Shown here: positions 40,546 to 50,989 of the stretch, piece after piece
Numbering within the stretch: position 1 is the stretch's first letter
Layout: each line of letters opens with the position of its first letter
Source: Candidatus Heimdallarchaeota archaeon
GTDB taxonomy: Archaea; Asgardarchaeota; Heimdallarchaeia; JABLTI01
NCBI GenBank assembly: GCA_019056785.1
Contig: DXJV01000085.1
Span: forward strand, 1 to 64,000
Direction: 5' to 3'
Length of the DNA: 64,000 bases
Notes under the pieces: model-generated
Database searches by the model: none
Told to the model about the DNA's origin: nothing
The model's input: the letters and a program-made list of their open reading frames with translations, nothing else
Position numbers and translations under genes: made by a program

Positions 40546-40991
40546 TAACTAACTACTACTACTAGGGTTAGAAAAAGTCTATTAAAATGTAGTGAAAAAT
40601 TTCTTCTTTTTAAAATTAATGTTCGATAACCAGTCAAAATTCTCATTTTAGAGCTGGAGTATCTATACTGCAAGTTCCAAATATCCATCCTTTAATGAAC
40701 TTCTTTTTCCAGCTGGAATCATAGCGGTGTCATTTGAGTGAGTCCATTGATATGTGTCGACTTTGAAACTATTTCTTTAAGAATTCATAATAAAAAATAA
40801 TTTTAATGTAACTTTTTTCTTTATATGCATCCTTATACAAATCGACTAAAAGTATTTATTAATACAATTGACTTATTTTGAAAGAGAGCAGTGCTTGCCA
40901 GAGTATAAAAGGCAATTATTACTATTCATCAATAAAAATAACTCCTCCAACAAATATCTATGTCAATATAACTAAAGTGGGTGACCTACCG

Positions 40992-42455
40992 GTGGTAAAG
41001 CGAGCAAAAGTTAGGAATAAAAATTTTGCCAAAACAAAAATTGTTTGCACAATTGGCCCCAAGTCGGAAGACGAAGCAACCATCGAAGAGATGATTATCA
41101 CCGGTATGGATGTCGCTCGTTTGAATTTTTCTCACGGAACTCATGAATGGCATCGAAAGGTTTTCGAAAGAATTCGCACATTATCCGACGAAATCGCCAT
41201 TCTTTTTGACTTGCAAGGACCAAAAATTCGTTTAGGAGAAATTGAAGGACAAATTACCCTCACTCGAGGGCAAGACATTATCTTAACCACCGAAGACATT
41301 CTCGGAAAAGAGAATCGCTTTAGTGTTTCCTTGAAGACGCTACCCGAAACACTCAAGAAAAATGACCTTATTTACATAAATGATGGCATTATTAGCTTGC
41401 GAGTTCTTAAGGTGGAAGAGACAGAAATTTTTTGCCGTGTTCTTTCTTCAGGCATTATCTCGAGTAAAAAAGGAATCAATATCCCAAATGTTGAACTAAA
41501 TGTCCCGTGTTTAACAACCAAAGATAAAAACGACCTTGCTTTCGCTCTTTCTCTCGAGCCTGATTATCTTGCACTCTCTTTTGTGCGAATCGCTGAAGAT
41601 GTTAAAGCACTTCGAGCATTGATTAATGAAGAAGGCTTAACTATTCCTATTATCAGTAAGATAGAGCATGCATTTGCAGTGCGAAATTTTGATGCCATCT
41701 TGAAAGAAACAGATGCAATTATGGTTGCTCGCGGGGATCTTGGAATAGAAACGCCGGTGGAAAAATTACCACTCTTGCAGAAAGAATTGATACGTAAATG
41801 CAATTTCGCAGGGAAACCGGTTATTACAGCAACACAAATGCTCGAGTCAATGACAAACAACCCAAGACCAACACGGGCAGAGGTGAATGATGTAGCTAAC
41901 GCTATTTTTGATGGCACCGACGCAGTAATGCTTAGTGCAGAAACAGCAATAGGAAAATATCCAATTCATGCTATTCGCTTAATGAATAAAATTGCATTGA
42001 ATGTGGAAAAAGAATTGCACTGGAGGGACTATCCAAAACAAAAAATCCCAAAAGAAGAGCTTGTGGCGGAAAATCTTGCAACAGCTGCCGGCATGCTCGT
42101 CGAAAAGATGCCTGTGAAAGGAATCATTGCATTTACAGAAGGAGGTTTTAGTGCGAGACTAATAGCCAAACACCGGCCAAGTGCCCGAATCTTCGTAGCA
42201 ACCCCAAGTAAAAAAGTTGTTCGTGAATTAGGGCTTATTTGGGGGTGTTTGCCACTCTTGGTGAAAGAATATCAAAATATTGACCAAATGGTCGTGGAAA
42301 CTGTAAACTACGCAAAGAACATCGGCTATTTTAAGGATGATGATATAATTATCATAGTCTCAGGCTCACGCCTATCTCCCGGGAAGACGAATTTACTACG
42401 AGCATATACTGTTGGTGATATTCCTTCTCCGGAAGAATTTAATGCCATCCTCTAA
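40992..42455 (+). CDS. pyk: Pyruvate kinase
   Basis: KTKIVCTIGP, ARLNFSHG, DLQGPKIR, ISKIE, MVARGDLG, ATQMLESM, PTRAEVND, DAVMLS. GTG 40992 after GGGTGA chosen as start. Confidence 0.95.
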   Translation: MVKRAKVRNKNFAKTKIVCTIGPKSEDEATIEEMIITGMDVARLNFSHGTHEWHRKVFERIRTLSDEIAILFDLQGPKIRLGEIEGQITLTRGQDIILTTEDILGKENRFSVSLKTLPETLKKNDLIYINDGIISLRVLKVEETEIFCRVLSSGIISSKKGINIPNVELNVPCLTTKDKNDLAFALSLEPDYLALSFVRIAEDVKALRALINEEGLTIPIISKIEHAFAVRNFDAILKETDAIMVARGDLGIETPVEKLPLLQKELIRKCNFAGKPVITATQMLESMTNNPRPTRAEVNDVANAIFDGTDAVMLSAETAIGKYPIHAIRLMNKIALNVEKELHWRDYPKQKIPKEELVAENLATAAGMLVEKMPVKGIIAFTEGGFSARLIAKHRPSARIFVATPSKKVVRELGLIWGCLPLLVKEYQNIDQMVVETVNYAKNIGYFKDDDIIIIVSGSRLSPGKTNLLRAYTVGDIPSPEEFNAIL

Positions 42456-42472
42456 AGACAGGGTTGCGTTCC

Positions 42473-43600
42473 TTAACTCATTTGTTGTATAAGTGACATT
42501 ATTCGTTCGATTACTTTTTGATCCCCCAAGATTTGGAAATACTCAATCAAATCTCTGAGAAAGAGTCGAGCTTCCAGTGTATGTCCTAATTCTGCCATCA
42601 GTTGTGCATGGTCAATGAGTTTTAAGCAAAGATTGTACTCATATTTTGATGGGTTGTCTTTTGAAAGATAGCCGTTTAATTCAAAGCCAAAAAATTTCAA
42701 GGGAATCTTCTGAGGAGTAATTAACCGCTTAATTTTCCGGTCATATTTTGCCCGTTGCAATTTAATCATAATATCTTGTTTCATTGCTGCATTTAGTTCT
42801 TTAGAGATTTCAGTGAGAGCTCTGCTCTTCAAGGATTCAGTGACAAGAAAGTTTATGTGCAGATCCAAAGCTAAAAAGACATTCCCTTCCTTTGTTTTGG
42901 AATCCAGTTTTTTAACTTCACAGGGAACTTGAATTTCAATAACTCTATCCAGAATTCTTTTCTCTCGTTCCAGGTCCGCAAGACGGGAGTGGGCATCTTT
43001 ATTGAAAGTAATTTCATCCCAATAAAGATCGATGCCATCATACAAAGCTTTTTTCAAACTCTCTTGTGACTCGAGAACCGAAGCAGCAGTCTCGAATTCT
43101 AACGTGTAGATGAATCGCAGCAAGTTACTTGGAGAGAAGGCGCGTGTCTGCGCAGCAATAGTCCGTGGTGTTGTAGGTGTTATTTGATAATAATTGATAG
43201 CAACCAAACCAACAGTTACCAGGAATTGAGCAAACTTAGACTCAGCAATTTGCCGGTTTATTTCTGGAAGAAGAGTTGGAGATTGTTCTTCAAGTTGATA
43301 CACAGCAAGACCAACAACCTCGAGGTTAAAAGGGAGCATATATTTGAATGCCTGAATCTCCGAAAGCTCTTCCTTAGTGGGTATAATGCTTTGTTCTTTT
43401 ACAGTTGTGCCTTCTGTAGTTCTAAAATGAACAGCAGTAAGAACAGTGACCTCCTTTCTTTCTGGTTCTATCGTTCCAAGTAGAATTGAGAAGCGCAAAT
43501 CTTTTGAGTGTTCTAAACAGATTGTTCGCAAATCGTTAAGCAAGGGCTCATTAATAACAAGTGACAAACAACTCACCACTAAAGGATAACCATCTGCCAA
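42473..43600 (-). CDS. Hypothetical protein with a possible N-terminal MPN/ODR-4-like domain
   Basis: ILLGT..., VLTAVH and MLPFNLEVVGL pattern; no JAMM HxH motif. Confidence 0.4.
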   Translation of the reverse strand: MADGYPLVVSCLSLVINEPLLNDLRTICLEHSKDLRFSILLGTIEPERKEVTVLTAVHFRTTEGTTVKEQSIIPTKEELSEIQAFKYMLPFNLEVVGLAVYQLEEQSPTLLPEINRQIAESKFAQFLVTVGLVAINYYQITPTTPRTIAAQTRAFSPSNLLRFIYTLEFETAASVLESQESLKKALYDGIDLYWDEITFNKDAHSRLADLEREKRILDRVIEIQVPCEVKKLDSKTKEGNVFLALDLHINFLVTESLKSRALTEISKELNAAMKQDIMIKLQRAKYDRKIKRLITPQKIPLKFFGFELNGYLSKDNPSKYEYNLCLKLIDHAQLMAELGHTLEARLFLRDLIEYFQILGDQKVIERIMSLIQQMS

Positions 43601-43752
43601 TTATTAAAGATGTCTAAAAAATAGGTTAAAAGTTAAACAGAGGACATACTTAGTAAGGCAGCTGTTAAAAGATAAAAAGGAATAAAAACCTAAACAAAAT
43701 ACTTTTGAATCACGAAAAAATTATCGCGATAAAGCTTTGTGGATTGATGAAA

Positions 43753-44700
43753 ATGAAAAGAGTACTGGTTATTGGTGCCGGTGGACAAATCGGAAGCGAG
43801 CTTGTCCCCTTTCTCAGGAAAAAATATGGGAATGAAAATGTCATCGCAACAGGTAGACGAACCAAGCTACCAGAAACGATTACTGAGCATGGCCCTTGGA
43901 TGTACCTCGATGCCCTAAATCAAGATTCACTGAAAAAAGTGATCTATGAAAAGTCCATTGATATTGTTTATCATATGGCTTCCATTCTCTCAGCAACTGG
44001 AGAAAAAATGCCGCAGACCGCTTGGGACATTAACATTAATGGTTTGATAAATGTCTTAGAAGTCTCGAGAAGATATGATGTCGAACGAGTGATCTGGCCA
44101 AGTTCTATCGCTGCTTTTGGGCCAACTACTCCTAGAGAAAACACGCCAAACGAAACCATCTTACAACCAACAACAATGTATGGAATCACAAAAGTTGCAG
44201 GAGAATTACTGGCAGAATATTACTTCAAAAAGTACGGTTTACTAACATTATCCATGCGTTTACCCGGTATTATCAGTAGCGAAACTCCTCCCGGAGGAGG
44301 GACAACTGATTACGCAGTAGAAATATTTTATGAAGCAATAAAGCATAAAAAATATACTTGCTTCTTACGAGAAGACACAATGCTCCCAATGCTGTACCAA
44401 CCAGATTGCCTTCAATGCCATCTGGATTTTGCTGAAAAAGATCCATCACTATTTAAACGCCATGTTTACAACGTTACAGGAATGTCATTTACTGCTGGAG
44501 AACTTGTGGCAGAAATAAAGAAACATATTCCGGAACTTAAAGTAGAATACAAACCAGATTTCCGTCAAGAAATAGCTGATTCTTGGCCAAAATCAATCGA
44601 TGACTCTCTTGCGCGTAAAGAATGGGGATGGAATCCAAAGTATGACCTCGCCGCAATGACAAAAGACATGATAGAAAAACTTAGCAAACGGTTGAAGTAA
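43753..44700 (+). CDS. tdh: L-threonine 3-dehydrogenase (extended SDR type)
   Basis: LVIGAGGQIG, HMASILSATGE, PSSIAAFG, YGITK, PGGGTTDYA, RQEIADSWP; kbl lies nearby. Confidence 0.85.
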   Translation: MKRVLVIGAGGQIGSELVPFLRKKYGNENVIATGRRTKLPETITEHGPWMYLDALNQDSLKKVIYEKSIDIVYHMASILSATGEKMPQTAWDININGLINVLEVSRRYDVERVIWPSSIAAFGPTTPRENTPNETILQPTTMYGITKVAGELLAEYYFKKYGLLTLSMRLPGIISSETPPGGGTTDYAVEIFYEAIKHKKYTCFLREDTMLPMLYQPDCLQCHLDFAEKDPSLFKRHVYNVTGMSFTAGELVAEIKKHIPELKVEYKPDFRQEIADSWPKSIDDSLARKEWGWNPKYDLAAMTKDMIEKLSKRLK

Positions 44701-45077
44701 AGAATAACCTATCTTCTTCCTTGAGAGATGTTTTTTCTCTCCCTTTTTTCTCTGCTTCTTAATCTTTTTCTTGATATCAGCTCTCCTTATACTGTCTTTT
44801 TCTTCAATTATGTCTATTGTGAAATATTGTGGATTTGTTATTTTTTTAATCCTTTTTAGAAAAAATCTGATAAAAAGTTAAGGCACCTAATAACTTCCAA
44901 ATGTTTACAATCGCTTCGATTTAACTTGTGTATTAAGTATTACAAAAAGTTTTTTAATGGATAAAAAAACAAGCCACCCCCTTTTCGTCATATTGACGCA
45001 TCAGTTAATCAGAAAAAAGGAACGGTTTATATTAAAATAGCAAACTATATATTATGTATTAATTTGGGTGAAGCAAA

Positions 45078-46901
45078 TTGAGTGGGTTTGAAGTATCGTT
45101 TTATTTAATAATACTTCTTGTGATAGCTCAATTTGGTGTCTTTGGCTTGTTTGCTTATCTCTACATGAAGAAAAAACAGGCCTCCTTTCTTTCAATTATC
45201 ATCTCAGTAATATTCTTCATTATAAGCAACATTTTGAGCTTATATTTCATTAATCGCCCCCAGGATTGGAAGTTTGATTTCTTTCAAGGGCTTTTAGCGG
45301 CTGCAGGTCTTGCACCGATTGTGGTATTTCTCGAGATTTTCGAGAATGGTTATTCCTTTACACAAAGGAGTTCGCTATCTATTGTCTTTCTAATTGTAAT
45401 CGGGGCAATTAATGGTGCAGCAAAGGCTATCTTTCCATTGCGTGTTGGGAAATTCATCAACCTCATAGCGCCAATAATGTATATTGCAGTTGGTTCTTTT
45501 TACTTGAATACAATTAAAAAAATACGAGAACGAATTCGTTTTGAGAACCAAAAAAAGAAGATACAGGTGATCCGTCTGGGAATTTATTTGACATTCATTA
45601 TCCCAAAATTCGTCATAGGAGCAATCTTAGGGTTAACAGTTTTACCCATATTACTTGCCCTGGTGATACCGTCAAGTACATTTCTACAAAATTATGATGT
45701 AAGCTTCCTTGAAACACCTGAAATGAACCATATCATCGAATTTACCTTGAATGTTTTTCAAACAATCGGCTTAGTGGTGATAAGCTTACCAATTATCTAT
45801 AGCAAATCAGTATTTTTCATGCAATCACGAAAGGTCTCGAAATTAATTGTGATAAATGCTGATGGAACGCCAATCTATTCATTTGATTTCGAATCGAAAA
45901 AAGGCAATAAAATAAAAGATGAAACATTCCTCTTAGAAGCTTATGCCGCAGTAAGTACTCTGGTACAGCGAGGAGGAATAACCAAGCAGCGATTAAGATC
46001 CATACTTTTCGAAGATCTCGAGATTATGACGGAACTGCGAGAGAATTTTGCGGCATTGCTCGTGTGCGATAAGCCAACAAAATTCTTGAGTGAAGCTTTG
46101 GAAGACTTTGCAGATAACTTTGAAACTATTTACCCAAAAACAACATCGTTAAGTGAAATAAAAATACAGAAAATAAAATACAACGCTGAAAAAATGGTCC
46201 AGAAAAGCTTTGGGTTAGCAACAGAAGAATTCGATCAGATAAAAACAATCATACAAGAAGGGTATGATAAAGTTGCAAAAGAATACCTCGCATCGCGGTC
46301 GGAAAATGACCCGGAAGTTAAGCTCCTGCCGGATTTCATGAAACGATTGCCAGTAGGTGCGCGAGTGCTAGATGCAGGGTGTGGTGCGGGAGAACCGGTG
46401 ACAAGAATACTGAGTGAGAAGTTCAAAGTAACAGGTGTAGATATATCGAAAAAACAAATCGAAATTGCGAGAGAGAATTTGCCATTCTGCGACTTCATCT
46501 GGCAGGATATGACCTCACTAACATTCCCAGATGAATACTTTGATGGTATAATCTCTTACTATGCGATACCAAATGTCCCGCGAGAAGAACACAAAGGCTT
46601 ACTGGAAAACTTTTACAGGATGCTGAAACCAAATGGCTTGGCACTGTTATCATTCGGAACATCGGATGAACCAGGAATAGTGGTGGATGATTTCTTCGGA
46701 GTAAAAATGTATTGGTCAAGCTTCGACGCCGGAACAAATATCGATATGTTGAAAGAAGTGGGATTCCACGTTGTTTGGTTAAAATTTATTTTTGATGATA
46801 TTACTGATGAACAACATATTTTTGTCTTAGCACAAAAACTAGAACCAGATTTTATGAATGAGTTGGAAACCATAGAACCCAACGTAGCAGAAGAAATGTA
46901 A
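45078..46901 (+). CDS. Multi-pass (about 7 TM) membrane protein fused to a longin/Roadblock-like domain and a class I methyltransferase
   Basis: About 7 hydrophobic segments in aa 1-240; LIVINADGTPIYSFDF...LEDFADNFETIY; GYDKVA, VLDAGCGAG, GVDIS, LKPNG. Confidence 0.7.
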   Translation: MSGFEVSFYLIILLVIAQFGVFGLFAYLYMKKKQASFLSIIISVIFFIISNILSLYFINRPQDWKFDFFQGLLAAAGLAPIVVFLEIFENGYSFTQRSSLSIVFLIVIGAINGAAKAIFPLRVGKFINLIAPIMYIAVGSFYLNTIKKIRERIRFENQKKKIQVIRLGIYLTFIIPKFVIGAILGLTVLPILLALVIPSSTFLQNYDVSFLETPEMNHIIEFTLNVFQTIGLVVISLPIIYSKSVFFMQSRKVSKLIVINADGTPIYSFDFESKKGNKIKDETFLLEAYAAVSTLVQRGGITKQRLRSILFEDLEIMTELRENFAALLVCDKPTKFLSEALEDFADNFETIYPKTTSLSEIKIQKIKYNAEKMVQKSFGLATEEFDQIKTIIQEGYDKVAKEYLASRSENDPEVKLLPDFMKRLPVGARVLDAGCGAGEPVTRILSEKFKVTGVDISKKQIEIARENLPFCDFIWQDMTSLTFPDEYFDGIISYYAIPNVPREEHKGLLENFYRMLKPNGLALLSFGTSDEPGIVVDDFFGVKMYWSSFDAGTNIDMLKEVGFHVVWLKFIFDDITDEQHIFVLAQKLEPDFMNELETIEPNVAEEM

Positions 46902-46974
46902 AAAGAGAATCAGCTTGCCAACAATTCAGTGGCATTTTTAAAAGAGAAAAAAAGGGAAAAAAAGACAAAAAGTT

Positions 46975-48213
46975 TTAAAGAATACCTAACTTTTTGCCGT
47001 TGCGCTCAAAAGAAGCTAAAGCAGTATCAAGGTGCTCCTTGGTTAACTTGGCAGTCATCATCACCCGAATACGAGCAGTGCCTTTTGGGACCATTGGAAA
47101 TACAATGGGAAGCGCAAAAATACCGTCTTCGTAGAGTAAATTACTCATGGCTTTTGCTTTGTCGTTTTCACCACAAATAATGGGAGTTATACCAGTAGGT
47201 GTCTTTGCCGCTGCGGCAGTGATTTCATGCGTAAAGCCAATTTCAATTATTCGTTTCTTAAAGTAATCACAGTTGTCAAGCAGCATTTTAACGCGGGGTT
47301 CAAACTTTCCATCTTTATTCATAAGCACCTCAATAGCACCAATAGATGCTCCAGCAACAGCTGGGGGATGAGAGCCACTTAAAAGATAGGTTCTGGTTTT
47401 GTTGCGACAGAAGTTCACTAAGTCTTGGGAACCAGTAATTGCACCGCCAATAGTGCCCATAGCTTTACTGAAGGTGTTCATTTCGACATGGACTTTCCCT
47501 TGGAGCGCATAATGATCAACAATGCCTTTGCCTGATTTGTTACGACCAAGAACACCATCACCATGAGCATCATCAACATAAATTATAGCACCATATTGTT
47601 CGGCCAATTTTTGAATCTCATCAAGCTTGGCCATGTCACCATCCATGCTGAAAACTCCGTCGGTTATTACAAGTATTCTTCTGGCATTAACTTTTTCAGC
47701 ATTCTGCAAGCATTTTTCTAATCCCCCCATGTCTGAATGCGGATAAATGAAGTCTCTTCCTCTTTGAGCTTTTGTCAATCTCACTCCATCAATAATGGAT
47801 CCATGGTTCAGTTCGTCTGAGATTATTACGTCTTCGCTACTTGATGCTAATTGTGGTATTACGCCTGCATTTGCTGCGAAGCCTGTTTGCGTTATCATCA
47901 CTGCTTCTTGTTCTTTAAATTCCGCCAGTTTTCTTTCCAGTTCCTCATGTAGTGCCATGTTGCCTGCTATTGCTCTTACTGACCCTGAGCCTGCTCCGAA
48001 TTTTTCCATTGCTTCTAGTCCACGTTTCACAACATGAGGGTGTGTGCTCAGGTTCAAGTAGTTGTTTGAGCACATCATTATTACTTCTTTCCCATCGACG
48101 ATGCACACCGGGTCAGACGCCGATTCCAGTCTTCGATGTTTCCAATCCAGGTTATTCCTGACTAGTTCTTCGTACTCGGCTTTCAAAAAGCCTACGGGGT
48201 CTCTTTTTGTCAT
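46975..48213 (-). CDS. kbl: Glycine C-acetyltransferase (2-amino-3-ketobutyrate CoA ligase)
   Basis: CSNNYL, GSVRAIAG, SDELNHGSIIDG, ITDGVFSMDGD, VDDAHG, TFSKA, FPMVPKGTARIR. Confidence 0.88.
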   Translation of the reverse strand: MTKRDPVGFLKAEYEELVRNNLDWKHRRLESASDPVCIVDGKEVIMMCSNNYLNLSTHPHVVKRGLEAMEKFGAGSGSVRAIAGNMALHEELERKLAEFKEQEAVMITQTGFAANAGVIPQLASSSEDVIISDELNHGSIIDGVRLTKAQRGRDFIYPHSDMGGLEKCLQNAEKVNARRILVITDGVFSMDGDMAKLDEIQKLAEQYGAIIYVDDAHGDGVLGRNKSGKGIVDHYALQGKVHVEMNTFSKAMGTIGGAITGSQDLVNFCRNKTRTYLLSGSHPPAVAGASIGAIEVLMNKDGKFEPRVKMLLDNCDYFKKRIIEIGFTHEITAAAAKTPTGITPIICGENDKAKAMSNLLYEDGIFALPIVFPMVPKGTARIRVMMTAKLTKEHLDTALASFERNGKKLGIL

Positions 48214-48437
48214 GACTATTTTTCTCCGGAAAGCCTTTCAAGGTTTTCTTTCAGCTCAAACGTTTTTCCTCTTGTCTATTAAACTTTTTTTCTTGCTTTT
48301 GTTTTTCTTTTCTTCTTTCTTTTTCATCTTTTTTTCTGATTTTATCCTTATTTTTATTAGTTCCTGCTGTTGCAATCTCATCGAAGATTTTTTAACTACC
48401 ACCTCAGTTTAACAACTAGGGAAGTGTGAAGCAAAAA

Positions 48438-49298
48438 ATGTCTAAAAAGTCAGGACCCACTAAAAGCCGCCTGGAAGACGACCTTTTCGACCCAGCTGCT
48501 GTTGAGCGCGAAAAACTTTACGAGGGATTCCCCTCTCGCAATGAGCTTGTTATTGCTACTGTTATGGAAGTTGCCAAACACGGCTGTTATGTCCGGCTGG
48601 ACGAGTATGATAATCTCCGAGCATATATCCATATTTCGGAGTTGTCTCGTACTTGGGTGAAGAATATCCGTGTTCATGTTCGTGAAGGGCAGCGTATTGT
48701 TGCTAAGGTTCTTCGCGTTGATCCCAGGAAAAGTCAGATTGATTTGAGCATCAAACGTGTCCCTGAGCAAATGCGGAAGCTTAAGCTCCTTGAAGCAAAA
48801 CGTAACCAAACTGCTTATACACTTTTCAAGATGATTGTTGAACAAGTCCCCCCTGAGGAGCGAGGAAAAGCAGATGAGGTTCGTGATATTTTGATCGATA
48901 ATTTTGAGATGCTGTATTATGGTCTTGAATTTGCTTCCACTGCTACTCAAAAGAAGTTGGTAGAACTTGGTATCCCTCCTGCATGGGCAAAGGTTATTCA
49001 AAAAGTTGCTGCAGCTAACATTATTCCTGCCACAGTAGAAATTAAAGGCACAGTAGAGATTAGCATTCCCGGTGGTGAGGGGGTAATCCATTTGAAAAAT
49101 GCTCTTATCGCAGGCAAGAAAGCTGCTGAGAAAAATACCTCGATAACCATTTTTACTGAAGGAAGCCCACGTTATACCATCGAGGTGACTGCAGAAGATT
49201 ACAAGGTTGCTGAAAAAGCACTTGAAAACGCTCTCGAACGGATACAAGAAATTGTTGAAAAACATGGTGGGACCTTTAAGTTCACACGCAAGAAGTAA
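48438..49298 (+). CDS. eif2a: Translation initiation factor 2 subunit alpha (aIF2alpha)
   Basis: FP..NELV, YVRLDEY, HISELS..WVKNIR, VLRVD, IDLSIKRV, GSPRY; followed by nop10 as in the conserved archaeal order. Confidence 0.95.
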   Translation: MSKKSGPTKSRLEDDLFDPAAVEREKLYEGFPSRNELVIATVMEVAKHGCYVRLDEYDNLRAYIHISELSRTWVKNIRVHVREGQRIVAKVLRVDPRKSQIDLSIKRVPEQMRKLKLLEAKRNQTAYTLFKMIVEQVPPEERGKADEVRDILIDNFEMLYYGLEFASTATQKKLVELGIPPAWAKVIQKVAAANIIPATVEIKGTVEISIPGGEGVIHLKNALIAGKKAAEKNTSITIFTEGSPRYTIEVTAEDYKVAEKALENALERIQEIVEKHGGTFKFTRKK

Positions 49299-49345
49299 TG
49301 GTGAAGTTGAATTTGCTTATATGAAATTACTAGGAGCCAAAGGAA

Positions 49346-49519
49346 ATGTCATTGCATAAATGTTCGAAATGTGGTCGTTATACAATGAAAGAAAATTGCC
49401 CTTATTGCAAGGCTCCAGCAGTTTCACCGGTCCCTCCAAGGTTCTCTCTAGAACATGCTCAAAAATATAGCAAATATCGTCGGATGTTGGTGAAACGCTT
49501 AGAGCAGCAGTCAAAATAA
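49346..49519 (+). CDS. nop10: H/ACA RNP protein Nop10
   Basis: Manual translation MSLHKCSKCGRYTMKENCPYCKAPAVSPVPPRFSLEHAQKYSKYRR... (57 aa, below the ORF-track cutoff). Confidence 0.9.
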   Translation: MSLHKCSKCGRYTMKENCPYCKAPAVSPVPPRFSLEHAQKYSKYRRMLVKRLEQQSK

Positions 49520-49718
49520 CTCTCCTCGATAGAGATTTATTCTTTCTTGGATATTTTACTTGCCACCGCTTTCTCATCCTTTTTTATTTCCAAAAAGTTT
49601 TAAAGCACTTTAGATTCTTTTCTCTTGGAGGTTTATTTTTGCCATCTTATAGCTTTGAGAATGAGAGTAAGCGACTATTAAAACCAATTAAATAATACTT
49701 ACAACATCTGTTATTGTT

Positions 49719-50576
49719 TTGCTAGCAATAATCATTCCCTTACTAGTAGTGCTAACATTAAACTACAAGAGAGGCCCCCTGGGAATAATTATTAGCCTCA
49801 CTTATTTCGTCTTAATGCTTATATTTGACGTTTTGTTATTTCTAAGGCTTTTAATTTACAAAAAGCGAATCATTTCCTATCTTAGAGATTTAAGGGATCA
49901 GCAAAACATTCTCGGGCTTTTGGCAATTCTAAAGGGAGAGGATCAAAAATGGGCAAAACAATACCCACACCGGCGATTGGCTTGCTTGCTTTTAGTTGAG
50001 TTTGACCCTGCAAAAGCCCTCAGTTACCTCTCGCGGATTATTGAAAGAGATTTTGAAAATAAAGTTTATACTACTGACTATCTTTCGATGTTAAAGTTCT
50101 TTCCAGCAGAGGAATATAAAAAGATGCTCTTTGAAAGCTTATTCGAAGCAATTACCTTGGCCCAACTTGATTATACTTCTTCACAAAAAGACTACGTTCT
50201 CAGGCCATCAGAATATAATACTTATACAACAACCCTTTCGCCTTTGAATAGACAATCAAAAAGTGCTTTAACAACCATTGCAACAGCATTAGGCTACCAA
50301 AGTGTTGCCACTTTAATTAAAACTGTAATTTACACCCAGCTTGCAAACCATGCTCATGAATTTAAAGCGGAGAAAACTTTGACGATTGAACAACTTTTGA
50401 AGTTATGCCGGATTGGCGACGAGGACTTTCTCAGGAAAGCCATAAACGACTTGCTGATAATGTATCCTTCCCTTGGTTACTACAATGAAATTGAACAAAC
50501 ATTCACCCCCTCAGCTGAATTTAAGAATTTTAAAACAATAGTTGATATAGATATGGTGACCACAAAAGGAATATGA
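49719..50576 (+). CDS. Hypothetical membrane protein with a C-terminal PCI/wHTH-like segment
   Basis: Two N-terminal TM segments; helical middle; LTIEQLLKLC...LGYYNEIEQTF. Confidence 0.5.
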   Translation: MLAIIIPLLVVLTLNYKRGPLGIIISLTYFVLMLIFDVLLFLRLLIYKKRIISYLRDLRDQQNILGLLAILKGEDQKWAKQYPHRRLACLLLVEFDPAKALSYLSRIIERDFENKVYTTDYLSMLKFFPAEEYKKMLFESLFEAITLAQLDYTSSQKDYVLRPSEYNTYTTTLSPLNRQSKSALTTIATALGYQSVATLIKTVIYTQLANHAHEFKAEKTLTIEQLLKLCRIGDEDFLRKAINDLLIMYPSLGYYNEIEQTFTPSAEFKNFKTIVDIDMVTTKGI

Positions 50577-50752
50577 CTTGCTTTCTCTCTCCTTCAAATA
50601 AAAGAGCATTTCAAAAACTAATTCATAAAGTGTTGATGTTCTTTTACTTTTTTTTAAAAAAAGAAAAAGTGTGTAAAAATCTGGTAACCAAAGAATACTA
50701 AATAAAAAAATGTTGAAGAAGGAGAAAGAGTGTAAGGGTTTCACCCAGAAAG

Positions 50753-50828
50753 TGGTGCACCTCCCGGGATTTGAACCCGGGTTCCGACCTTGGGAGGGTC
50801 GAGTCTTACCAGGCTGGACCAGAGGTGC
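50753..50828 (-). tRNA. tRNA-Gly(CCC), intronless, CCA encoded
   Basis: GCACCTC acceptor stem pairs with GAGGTGC-A-CCA; anticodon arm CGACC-CTCCCAA-GGTCG; T arm CCGGG-TTCAAAT-CCCGG. Confidence 0.95.
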
Positions 50829-50989
50829 AGAGTAATTATGCTCGGTACAAACCTTCTTACTCAAATTTTTTTTGTTTGAGCAATATTTGTGTTGCTAAAG
50901 TTTCTCTTCTTCCTAAAAAAATTTTCGTGTGGTTTGATGCGCAAGTTATTTTCGAGTAAAAAAAAGGAGTAAAGAGTATGGTTTAATTT

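Noticed and set aside
44875-44896. Imperfect palindrome AAGTTAAGGCACCTAATAACTT resembling a DtxR-type box
   Set aside because: Single imperfect copy with no metal-related gene adjacent.
48450-49265. 271-aa antisense ORF
   Set aside because: It is a shadow of aIF2alpha on the opposite strand with no protein-like motifs. The same applies to the many short antisense ORFs in the track.
50511-50959. ORFs 50511-50864(-) and 50771-50959(+)
   Set aside because: They overlap the tRNA-Gly gene and are spurious.
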